Below are positions 16,544 to 25,444 of a stretch of 61,659 nt of DNA, in pieces; the first letter of the stretch is position 1; each line of letters opens with the position of its first letter. The stretch lies in assembly GCA_044449785.1 (NCBI GenBank), contig JBIOII010000003.1:1-61659 (forward strand), read 5' to 3'. The stretch is from Candidatus Limnocylindrales bacterium (GTDB lineage Bacteria; Chloroflexota; Limnocylindria; Limnocylindrales; CSP1-4). The notes below the pieces were generated by a model. It searched no databases and was not told the origin of the DNA. It was given only the letters and a program-made list of their open reading frames with translations. Made by a program: the position numbers and the translations under genes.

Positions 16544-18165
16544 CCGGCCCCTACCAGTCGCCGTTCGACGCCGCTTCCCGGAGGAACCGCCCGCGCCGGC
16601 TTCTGGTCGTCGGCGCGGCGGTGGGGCTGGCCGTCGTCGTGGCGGCAATGGCGGCCTGGCACCCGATGGCAACCAACGCGGCGCGAACGAGCGTGACCAT
16701 TCTCGGGGCCTCGGCAGCGTCGCTGGACCCGGCGGTCCAGTCCGATGCGGGCAGCGCCCAGGTCGTCTCGCAGGTCTTCGAGTCGCTGACCGCAATTGAC
16801 GTTTCGGGGCGCGTCCAGCCCGCCCTCGCGGCCAGCTGGACGTCGAGCAACGGCGGCAAGATCGTCGTCTTTCATCTGCGGACGGGGCTGACTTTCTCAG
16901 ATGGGACGCCCCTGGGCGCCGCGGACGTCGTGTCGAGCTGGATGAGGGTGCTCAATCCCAGCCAGCCGAGCCAGCTCGCCTCATTGCTCGACGGCGTCGT
17001 GGGGGCAAGCGCCTATCGAGAGGGGAGCGGCCAGGCCTCGGGTGTCGGAATAAAGGCCATCGGCTCGACGGACGTGGAGGTAGATCTCGTCAGCCCGGAC
17101 GCGGACTTCCCATCGATCGCCTCGAGCCCGACGCTCGCGGTCGTGCCGCCGCAGCTGGACTCGAACCCGGCGCTGCTGGCCCCGGGGACCTTCGTGGGCA
17201 GCGGCGCCTACGTGGTTTCCGCCCTGACCGCTACCGAGACCACTCTGACGGCGAATCCTCACTACTGGGCCGGTTCCCCATCGATAACCACGGTCCATCT
17301 GCTCAGTAGTATCGGCGGGAAGAGCCCGGTCTCCGAGTTCCAGGCCGGCAATCTCGACTACACGCCGATCTCGCTGTACGACGCCTCGTGGATCGCCTAC
17401 GACTCGACGCTCGGGCCGGCTCTCCGCATAGAGCCGTCGCCATCGACGGAGTTCTATGGCTTCAACACGACCAAGGCGCCGTTCAACAACGTGCACGTCC
17501 GGCGCGCCTTCGAGATGGGCATCAACTGGAACCGCATCGTCGCGCTGCTGTCGGACCCGCTCGAGGTTTCGGCGACCGGCATGGTTCCGGCCGGCGTTCC
17601 CGGCCACAGCGCGAACAACTACGGGCCGGAATTCAACCTGGCGCAGGCCAGGTCGGAGCTGGCGGCGGCCGGCTTCCCAAACGGCGTCGGCTTCCCGAAG
17701 ATCACCCTGGTCACCGGTGGGGCCACCCTGGACGGCGCGATAATCCGCCAGCTGCACGACAACCTCGGCATCGACATCGGGTACCTGATCGAGGATTGGA
17801 CGACGTACAACCAGCAGCTCCTGACCGACCCGCCGGCGTTCTGGGAGATGGACTGGGTCGCCGACTATCCAGGCGCGAACGATTTCCTCGGACTTCTCCT
17901 GGGTTCGGGTAAGACGAACAACTTCGGCCGATGGACGTCGCCCGATTTCGATGCCGCAATCGCTAAGGCGCTCGCCGCTACCGATGCGACCTCGATGCAG
18001 CAAGCGTTCGATCAGGCGCAGGCGATCGTGCTCGACCAGGCCCCGGTCATTCCGGTCGACTACGGTGCCGGCTATTCGCTGGCGGCGAAGGGTCTTCTTG
18101 GGGCGCAGCCGAACGGCCAGGGACTCGTGCGCTACGCCGGACTGGCCTGGGCGGCGGGCGCATGA
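16540..18165 (+). CDS. ABC transporter family 5 substrate-binding protein (OppA/DppA-like), TM-anchored, no cognate permease in window
   Basis: SLDPA, FESLT, FHLRTGLTFSDGTPL, GSGAY, WVADYPGANDFL motifs; no lipobox Cys. Confidence 0.9.
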   Translation: MTGPYQSPFDAASRRNRPRRLLVVGAAVGLAVVVAAMAAWHPMATNAARTSVTILGASAASLDPAVQSDAGSAQVVSQVFESLTAIDVSGRVQPALAASWTSSNGGKIVVFHLRTGLTFSDGTPLGAADVVSSWMRVLNPSQPSQLASLLDGVVGASAYREGSGQASGVGIKAIGSTDVEVDLVSPDADFPSIASSPTLAVVPPQLDSNPALLAPGTFVGSGAYVVSALTATETTLTANPHYWAGSPSITTVHLLSSIGGKSPVSEFQAGNLDYTPISLYDASWIAYDSTLGPALRIEPSPSTEFYGFNTTKAPFNNVHVRRAFEMGINWNRIVALLSDPLEVSATGMVPAGVPGHSANNYGPEFNLAQARSELAAAGFPNGVGFPKITLVTGGATLDGAIIRQLHDNLGIDIGYLIEDWTTYNQQLLTDPPAFWEMDWVADYPGANDFLGLLLGSGKTNNFGRWTSPDFDAAIAKALAATDATSMQQAFDQAQAIVLDQAPVIPVDYGAGYSLAAKGLLGAQPNGQGLVRYAGLAWAAGA

Positions 18166-19532
18166 ACCGGCCGCGACGCCCCGTGCTGGCCCGAGTCGCG
18201 GCGGCGGCCGCCTGCGCCCTTCTCGCCCTGATGGCTCTCGCCGGCCAGATGGTCGGCGCATCGGTCTCGTTTGGAACGCCCACTTCTACGTCAACGTTCG
18301 GGACGGGCATCGTCTTCGTGCAGCCGATCAGCGGCTCGGGCTTTACACAAGCCGACATCGTTCTGTCCCTGCCGGGCGACGTGGGGCCGAGCGTCGTCTC
18401 GCTGACGAGCGCCGCCGTTTCGTCGACCTCGCTCACGTTCACGTTCGACACTTCGAACGGCCAGATCCAGCCCAACACCCAGGTAACGGCTTACTTCCAG
18501 GTCGTCTTCTCCGACGGTTCCACGCAGACCGGGCCGGTCATCCACGCCACTTACCAGGACGACCGCTTCCACTGGCAGACGCTCTCCGGGAAGCTCGTCA
18601 CCCTTCACTGGTATTCGGGCTCGACGAGCTTCGCCCAGCAGGCACTGACGATGGGCGAGAACGGGATCGCGAAATCGGCGCAGTTCATGGGTGTTACCGA
18701 GACGCAGCCGGTGGACTTCTTCGTGTACGCCGACCAGCAGTCGTTCTACGACGCTCTGGGGCCGGGTACGAGAGATAACGTCGGCGGCGAGGCGAACACC
18801 ACCACCCGGACCCTGTTCGCGCTGATCCCGCCCGACCAGCTTTCGTACGCGAGCACCGTCGTCCCGCACGAGCTCACGCACGTCGTTTTCGCCGACGGAA
18901 CCAGCAATCCCTACCATTCGCCGCCGCGGTGGCTCAACGAAGGCCTGGCCGTCTACCTCTCGCAGGGTTACGACAGCAGCGACAAAGGGCTCGTCTCGTC
19001 CGCCGCTGCATCGAAGACCCTCATGCCGCTGAGCGCCCTGACGGGAGAGTTCCCCACTGATACCGACCGCTTCTACCTCGCCTACGCCGAGTCGGTTTCT
19101 TCGGTCGACTACATGATCCGAACCTACGGGCAGCCCGCGATCGCGAAGATGGTCAAGGCCTACGGCACCGGCGCCTCCGACGACGAAGCCTTCACCGCCG
19201 CGTTCGGCGTCACTGCCGAGGCTGTCGACAAGGCCTGGCTCGCCCAGAACGGCATAACGTCTTCTCCCACGTTCGGCCCCGAGACGGCACCGGCCGGCCC
19301 CGTTCCGCCCGGGTGGACGAACGCCGGGGGTGTCACGGTCACCGCGCCACCCGCTGCCGCGGGCACGGCTGCGCCGACCGAGACGACGGCCAGGACCGCC
19401 GGATCGACGGCCTCGTCCGGGAGCTCAGTCGAGCTGCTGCTGGCGGGCGTCATCGCCGCGGCCGGCGTGGTTCTGATCGGCGTTGCCATCGTCCTATACA
19501 GGCGGCCCGATCGGTCCCCGCCTCCGTTTTGA
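18162..19532 (+). CDS. Peptidase MA-family (gluzincin) metallohydrolase with C-terminal TM anchor
   Basis: HELTH...WLNEGLA, AYAESVS motifs; signal peptide; Pro/Thr linker then TM and RRPDR tail; ATGA overlap. Confidence 0.85.
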   Translation: MNRPRRPVLARVAAAAACALLALMALAGQMVGASVSFGTPTSTSTFGTGIVFVQPISGSGFTQADIVLSLPGDVGPSVVSLTSAAVSSTSLTFTFDTSNGQIQPNTQVTAYFQVVFSDGSTQTGPVIHATYQDDRFHWQTLSGKLVTLHWYSGSTSFAQQALTMGENGIAKSAQFMGVTETQPVDFFVYADQQSFYDALGPGTRDNVGGEANTTTRTLFALIPPDQLSYASTVVPHELTHVVFADGTSNPYHSPPRWLNEGLAVYLSQGYDSSDKGLVSSAAASKTLMPLSALTGEFPTDTDRFYLAYAESVSSVDYMIRTYGQPAIAKMVKAYGTGASDDEAFTAAFGVTAEAVDKAWLAQNGITSSPTFGPETAPAGPVPPGWTNAGGVTVTAPPAAAGTAAPTETTARTAGSTASSGSSVELLLAGVIAAAGVVLIGVAIVLYRRPDRSPPPF

Positions 19533-19689
19533 CCCCGCATCCGAGACTCCGTCCACGATCCCGCGTTCACGCCTCGACCTCGGCCGGGTTTTGGGCGCTG
19601 GGAATGCCGCGACGCCGGCACTCCGCTCTGATAGATTGAGCGGCCGTTATGGGTGAATCCATCGCATCCCTCAAGCCCAGGCTCGGGTA

Positions 19690-19965
19690 ATGGCCGCCGG
19701 CCAGCCAGAAGTCGTCGAGTTTCGACTCGGCGACGTGGTCCGTCTGAGGCGGGCTCACCCGTGTGGCAGCCAGCTGTGGCTGGTGGACCGGTTGGGGGCC
19801 GACATCGGGCTCCGGTGTCGCGGCTGCGATCGCCATGTCCTGATCGAACGCCGAACGCTGGAGCGACGCCTGACCGACTTCGTCTCACGCGGAGATCTGG
19901 CCATGAGTCGCGCCGTCGCGCCGCAGCCGCGTGACTCCCGTGCCGCGCGGGACGGCGGCCGATGA
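19690..19965 (+). CDS. DUF951 family protein
   Basis: LGDVVRLRRAHPCG...W...RLGADIGLRCRGC pattern. Confidence 0.85.
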   Translation: MAAGQPEVVEFRLGDVVRLRRAHPCGSQLWLVDRLGADIGLRCRGCDRHVLIERRTLERRLTDFVSRGDLAMSRAVAPQPRDSRAARDGGR

Positions 19966-21527
19966 ACGTCACGATCTCCCCCAAGCGCCGGACACGGCCG
20001 CCTGGAAGCTCCGGCCGCAAGCGTGCCACGAAGCCGCCCGGCGACTCCGGCGGCGCTGCCGTTCTCCAGAACCGCCCGTTCCTGCTGCTGTGGCTGGCGC
20101 AGCTTTCGACCCAGGTCGGCGGCAACATGGTCATCTACGGTCTGACACTGATCATCTACGCCGCGTCGGGTTCAAATAGTGCCGTCAGCGTGCTGCTGCT
20201 GAGTTTTCTCCTGCCGGCCATCCTCTTCTCGGCTATGGCCGGAGTGTTCGTAGACCGGGTCGACAAGCGGCACATGCTCCTGGTGACCAACGTTTTGCGA
20301 GGGTTCGCCTTCCTCGCAATCGTCCTGGTAGGCAACAACCTGCTGATGCTGTACCTGCTGATGGCGCTCGTCTCGACCGTGACCACCTTCTTCGGCCCGG
20401 CAGAGGCCTCGATGATCCCGTTCCTGGTGCCGAGGAACCAGTTGCTCGCGGCCAACGGCCTGTTCACTCTGACCAGCAACGTGGCCTTCGCGATGGGCTT
20501 CGCGCTCGTCGGCCCATTCCTGGTCGCGCTGGCCAGCGCCGAGATTCTCATCGTCATCGTCGCCGCCCTGTACTTCGTCGCGGCGGTCTTCTGCTGGACC
20601 CTGCCGCCTTCTCCTACCGTGGGGTCGGGCGCGGTGAGCCCCGGTCAGACGGTCGCCGACGCCGAGCGCGCCGTCCAGACCATGTCTGGCCAGTTCGCCG
20701 AGGGCATCAGATACATCCGGGACCACCACAACGTAGGGTGGTCCCTCTCGTATCTGGGGATCACGGGTGCACTGGTTGGGATCCTCGGAACACTGGGTCC
20801 GGGCTTCGCCAGCAAGACCCTCGGGCTCGGTTCCAAGGACTTCGCCCTGATCGTCCTCCCTTTGGGGCTTGGGATCGTGATGGGCATCCTCGTCCTGAAT
20901 TCGTACGGCCGGTACTTGCCGCGCCGGCGCACGATCGAATTCGGGATGATCGGGACCGGCATACTGCTGGCCCTTCTTGCCTGCGTGGTGCCCATCTCCA
21001 ATTTCCTCGAGGATCGGGCGCTCTCGTCGGGCCTGGCCGAGGCCAGCCGCGTCGTCTCGCTGCTGTCACTCGTCATGGGCATCGCATTCCTCGTCGGAGC
21101 CGCATATGTCGTGGTCGCGATCTCGGCTCAGACGCAGCTCCAGGAGGATCTGCCCGAGGACGTGCGCGGCCGCGTATTCGGCGTGCTCAACATGCTAGTT
21201 TCGGTGGCCAGCCTCTCCCCGATACTCGTCGTGGGCCCGGTGGCGGATCTCGTCGGCCGAGAGCCGGTGATCCTGGTCGTCGGCGCATTCGTGTGCCTGT
21301 GGGGAACCGCCAGCATCGTCAGTCGCCGGTCGCGGCAGGTCGGGGACGACGCCCGAGCGCCTTCCACGCCCAGCGGCGCTCCAGTGGATCCAATGACCGC
21401 GGCCACGCAACCGAGCGACCTGAGCGGCGGGACCGTCGCTCCGGAGCCGTCTGAGGGTGGCGCCGCGCCGGCCAAGCCATCTCGCCGTTCGAGGCGGCGG
21501 GCTGTCGAGGACGGCGAGGCTTCCTGA
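19962..21527 (+). CDS. MFS transporter
   Basis: ~12 hydrophobic segments; AGVFVDRVDKR motif A; QEDLPEDVRGRVFG. Confidence 0.9.
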   Translation: MNVTISPKRRTRPPGSSGRKRATKPPGDSGGAAVLQNRPFLLLWLAQLSTQVGGNMVIYGLTLIIYAASGSNSAVSVLLLSFLLPAILFSAMAGVFVDRVDKRHMLLVTNVLRGFAFLAIVLVGNNLLMLYLLMALVSTVTTFFGPAEASMIPFLVPRNQLLAANGLFTLTSNVAFAMGFALVGPFLVALASAEILIVIVAALYFVAAVFCWTLPPSPTVGSGAVSPGQTVADAERAVQTMSGQFAEGIRYIRDHHNVGWSLSYLGITGALVGILGTLGPGFASKTLGLGSKDFALIVLPLGLGIVMGILVLNSYGRYLPRRRTIEFGMIGTGILLALLACVVPISNFLEDRALSSGLAEASRVVSLLSLVMGIAFLVGAAYVVVAISAQTQLQEDLPEDVRGRVFGVLNMLVSVASLSPILVVGPVADLVGREPVILVVGAFVCLWGTASIVSRRSRQVGDDARAPSTPSGAPVDPMTAATQPSDLSGGTVAPEPSEGGAAPAKPSRRSRRRAVEDGEAS

Positions 21528-23011
21528 TGCCGCTCGCCGCGCCGCCCGCCGGGTCGGAGGAGGCGGCGACTCCGGACGCATGGCGCGCTGCTGCGCTCGG
21601 CATTCTGGCAGGGGGTTTCGCGCTCGGGGCGCTATCTGCCAACAGGCGCGTCGGAGCCGCGGTGCCGTTGATCACCGCCGGCGTGGCGCTCGGTTGTGCG
21701 ATCCCCGTGGCACTGGCCTCACGCCGGCCGCCGATCAGCGTCTCCGACGCGGCGGAGGCTCTCGCCGAGGCCGACCGGCCGCCCACGTTCACCGTGCTCG
21801 TTGCCGCTCGCGACGAAGCCGCGGTCTTGCGCCGTCTCGTCTCCGATGTAGGCCGGCAGGACTATCGCTCGTCCGACGGCGCGCCGCTGTTCGAGCTGGT
21901 CGTCGTGGACGATCGGTCGACCGACGGAACGGCCGGCGCAGTTGTGGAGGCGTCCACCGAAGCCGGAATCGCCGCGGTGACCCGCGTGATCCGACGGCGC
22001 GGTACTGACCTCCCGGACGGCAAGGGCGCCGCGCTGTCGGCTGCCCAGCCCGACGCCTGCGCCGGCGATGTCGTCGTCGTCCTCGACGCCGACGCCCGGC
22101 TCGAGCCGTGGTTCTTGCGGCGCGCGGCGGGCTACTTTGCCGCCGGCGCGAAGGCGGTCACGGGCCGGCGGCGGATTCTCGACGCCGAGAGCAGCTGGCT
22201 CGCGGGGGCCCAGGCGGATGAGCAGACCCTGGACGGAGAGCTGAACCGCGGACGCTGGGCCCTCGGCGGCTGCTCGGAGTTTCGCGGCAACGGGATCATG
22301 GTCCGGCGCGATCTCCTTGCCACGGTCGGCGGTTGGAGCGCGGCTGCGCTGACCGAGGATCTCGACCTTTCGAGCCGGGTCGCGGCAAGCTCGGGTGAGC
22401 GGGTCTGCTGGGCGATCGACGCAGAAGTCTGGGAAGAGCCGGTCCGCACGGCCGATCGGCTCTGGCGGCAGAGGTTGCGCTGGGCCGAAGGGGCCTTGCG
22501 CCGTGCCTTCGAGCACGGACCGGCGGTGGTCCGAACCTCGAAGCTGTCTGTTGGCGCGCGCCTGGACTTCCTCACGTACGTCGGGCAGCTCGCGGTACCG
22601 CCGGTCGTCCTGGGAGCCGCTGCCGGCGCGGTCTTAACGGGGCGCGGACGCAGCCTCATCTCGCTCGTGGCGGGGTACCTCGGCATCAGCGCCGCTCTCG
22701 GTTGGGACGCCCTGCGGTGGGATCAAGCGCCGAATGAAAGCAAGCTCGGCGGTCCGGAAAGGGCCCGACGCGGGCTGAGGGTCGCGCTGTTCAGCGGCCT
22801 GTGGCTGGCGGTCGTTCCGAGAGCTCTTCTGGATCTGGCGCTGCGCCGAGGTCCGATCCGCTACGTCAAGATGGAGCACGACGGGGTAGGGGACCCGACG
22901 CCGCGCTCAGCCGGGGCGTCCAACGTCGGATGGGGACGTTCCGGAGCCCCGAGGACAGCGACTCGACCGGCTCGATTCCCGGATAAGTCGGAGATGAGCG
23001 GCCGTCCGTAG
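21527..23011 (+). CDS. Family 2 glycosyltransferase (D,D,D,QxxRW), MgdA-like
   Basis: VVDDRSTD, DADA, EFRGNG, GGW..ALTEDLDL, EEPV..LWRQRLRWAEG. Confidence 0.85.
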   Translation: MPLAAPPAGSEEAATPDAWRAAALGILAGGFALGALSANRRVGAAVPLITAGVALGCAIPVALASRRPPISVSDAAEALAEADRPPTFTVLVAARDEAAVLRRLVSDVGRQDYRSSDGAPLFELVVVDDRSTDGTAGAVVEASTEAGIAAVTRVIRRRGTDLPDGKGAALSAAQPDACAGDVVVVLDADARLEPWFLRRAAGYFAAGAKAVTGRRRILDAESSWLAGAQADEQTLDGELNRGRWALGGCSEFRGNGIMVRRDLLATVGGWSAAALTEDLDLSSRVAASSGERVCWAIDAEVWEEPVRTADRLWRQRLRWAEGALRRAFEHGPAVVRTSKLSVGARLDFLTYVGQLAVPPVVLGAAAGAVLTGRGRSLISLVAGYLGISAALGWDALRWDQAPNESKLGGPERARRGLRVALFSGLWLAVVPRALLDLALRRGPIRYVKMEHDGVGDPTPRSAGASNVGWGRSGAPRTATRPARFPDKSEMSGRP

Positions 23012-23225
23012 AGTCGGGCCGTCGCGTTTCGACCGCCTTGGCAAGAGAAGAACCGAGGGGGAGGCCGAAACGCCGGAGTCAGCTGCCCAAATCGGAAGGA
23101 GGCCATCGCCGGGCATCCACAACTCGCTTGGAGTGCATGGGGCGACCGCCAGGTCCCGTTCGCTTCAAACACGAACCGCCGAGATGAACACCGCCGCCTC
23201 TAATGGGATTTCGGAGGAGGACCTC

Positions 23226-24128
23226 ATGTTCAGGTTGGTTCGAAGTGCAATTCTCGCGCTGGCGTGCATCGCCACGCTGGCCGGCGTCATGGCCGATCCG
23301 GTCGCGGCCCAACCGCCGATGGCTCCGGGCGCAGATCCCAGCGAAATCGCGCTTACGCCGGCTCAACAGCAGGCGCGGGCGGACAAGCTGGCCATGGCGC
23401 AAAAGGAGCAGCGGCGCCCCGGGTCGGTGGGCGGTAGGGTTTCGATGTCCGCCGCCTGCCCGGCCGCCGCTCAGACGCTGGCGGATCCGGCACTGAGGGC
23501 CTTGGTCGTGAGCCCGGCCTCCGGATGCAACGGCTATTGGGGCTGGGTATCGATAACGCCGAGAAGGCAGGAGCAGGCTTACTGGTGTGGCGTCGCGACC
23601 GTTCAGGTCGTGTCCAACTACGTCTGGCGAATAGCGTCGACATCCAACAAATGGACCCAGAAGCAGATCACGGGGTGGACGCAAACGACGACGGCCGGGA
23701 CCAGCGGCTACAGAGAAAGCTACGGCCTCAACCAGGCCAACGCCGGCAGCCCGTATCTGCCGGCGAATTGGACATATGCGGCCATGACATCGAGCCAGAT
23801 CGCCCAGGGCGGGTCGATGTGGCACTCATTGCTCCGCACGGACATCAATCAGTACGGCATGCCCCAGGTCGTGAGCGTTGCCCCTAAGGATCCGGGCTTC
23901 GGCTACTTCCTGGAGTCGTGGCGGAACGCCGCCGCGCAATTCGCCGGTCACTACATCGTGCTGAATGGCTGGACTGGGATCTGGGACAACACTTCAACGC
24001 CGATCGTCAACTACGCGGACAGCGCGGTCGGTACTTACGGGACGGCAAGCCAGGATCCGGCGTTCGACATGTGGCAGCTGATCCTCAAGACCAACGTGAA
24101 CAAGAGTGGGGTCTACGTAGGCTGGTGA
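23226..24128 (+). CDS. Secreted papain-like/C39-like cysteine peptidase
   Basis: Signal peptide after GGAGGAGG SD; QEQAYWCGVA (Cys), GHYIVLNGW (His), NYADS (Asp). Confidence 0.72.
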   Translation: MFRLVRSAILALACIATLAGVMADPVAAQPPMAPGADPSEIALTPAQQQARADKLAMAQKEQRRPGSVGGRVSMSAACPAAAQTLADPALRALVVSPASGCNGYWGWVSITPRRQEQAYWCGVATVQVVSNYVWRIASTSNKWTQKQITGWTQTTTAGTSGYRESYGLNQANAGSPYLPANWTYAAMTSSQIAQGGSMWHSLLRTDINQYGMPQVVSVAPKDPGFGYFLESWRNAAAQFAGHYIVLNGWTGIWDNTSTPIVNYADSAVGTYGTASQDPAFDMWQLILKTNVNKSGVYVGW

Positions 24129-25327
24129 GAAACGTGAGAGTGGGACTTGTCGCTCTTCTGGCAGCACTGCTGGTTTCGGCCTGCTCGCCGAACCCAGGTC
24201 CCACTCCGGGCGCTTCGGGCGCGAGGTCGACTCCATCGCCCTCGCGCCCGGCGACTGCCCTGCCTGCGGCCTCGAACCAGGGCGCTGGAGCGGCGCTCGA
24301 CGTTCAACTCATCCCCCAGGATTGGACCACGCCGATGCTCGGAGCCTCGACGGATGGGACCGAGGTCATCTGGTCCAGGGGAGGCGACTCGGAGAACGGG
24401 GCACCGGACCTCTACGGCTTCGTTCCGGGCGCCACGGCCCCCACTCTGATCTACAAGGGCCCTGACCGCACCGCGCAGCTGATACCTATCGCCGTCCATC
24501 ACGGCAAGTACGCGTTCCTGGAGTCCTACCCGCTCGCGGACGGCTCCGGCGGCTGGAGGCTTCTGTACGTGGCGGCTGCGGGCGCCGGGCCGACCCTCAT
24601 CGACTCCAACGTGGCGGACCCGCACCCGTTTTCTGCGGCCCCGCTCGTGTGGATGACCCTCACCGACGCCCGGCTGATCTGGAGCGTCGTACATCAGACT
24701 CCGGCCGGTCCCCACTCATACCTGCGCAGCTACGACCTGAAGACGGGAGAGACTCGCAACCTTGCGGACGCCGACGCTGCCCATACCGAGTACTGGCTCC
24801 CAAACGCGGACGACACCGGCCGGCTCGTATTCGGGACGGTCGAGTACGGCGCCGGGGCCTCCCCCGACCAGCCGGCTTTCCATGTGTACCTTGCCCAGGT
24901 AGGCGCGGGAGCGCTGGTGGCGACTCGGCTCGACCCGGACGGCAACTCGACCGAGCCTGTGCTGAGCGGCGATACCGTGATATGGAAAAGCGTCACGCGG
25001 AACAACGTGGTGAGCGGTGGCCAGTTGAGCCGCTACTCGCTGTCGAGTGGGATGTCATCTCCGCTCTCATTCGGCGACCAGGCGTATGAGAACGACCCGA
25101 CCGCAGGAAGCCGATTCGTCGCGGCATGGCTACCGGACGAGACGGACTTCGAGCTGTTCGACCTCGATGCAAATGCGCCGCTTCTCGTTGAAAGGCATGA
25201 GCCGGCTTCTCACCGAGGTGTCGTGCGCCCGGTTGTGGCCGGGGACCTCCTCGTCTTCATACGGGTGGACATCAATGCGGGCGCGGACCTGCAGCTGTGC
25301 TGGGCCCGCCTGCCGGCATCCAGCTGA
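24125..25327 (+). CDS. Lipoprotein with probable 7-bladed beta-propeller
   Basis: Lipobox LVSAC; seven degenerate repeats (STDGTEVIW, VHHGKYAF, LTDARLIW, DDTGRLVF, LSGDTVIW, AGSRFVAW-like, VAGDLLVF); GTGA overlap. Confidence 0.7.
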   Translation: MRNVRVGLVALLAALLVSACSPNPGPTPGASGARSTPSPSRPATALPAASNQGAGAALDVQLIPQDWTTPMLGASTDGTEVIWSRGGDSENGAPDLYGFVPGATAPTLIYKGPDRTAQLIPIAVHHGKYAFLESYPLADGSGGWRLLYVAAAGAGPTLIDSNVADPHPFSAAPLVWMTLTDARLIWSVVHQTPAGPHSYLRSYDLKTGETRNLADADAAHTEYWLPNADDTGRLVFGTVEYGAGASPDQPAFHVYLAQVGAGALVATRLDPDGNSTEPVLSGDTVIWKSVTRNNVVSGGQLSRYSLSSGMSSPLSFGDQAYENDPTAGSRFVAAWLPDETDFELFDLDANAPLLVERHEPASHRGVVRPVVAGDLLVFIRVDINAGADLQLCWARLPASS

Positions 25328-25444
25328 CAGGCGTGGAGGCAGGAGACCGCGAGGACGGCTGCCCCGGAGAGGGCCGACTGACCCGGGCGATCAGCGCCCC
25401 ATCCGGATGCTAGACTCCGCGGTCTATTGCGCTGGAGGAGAGCG

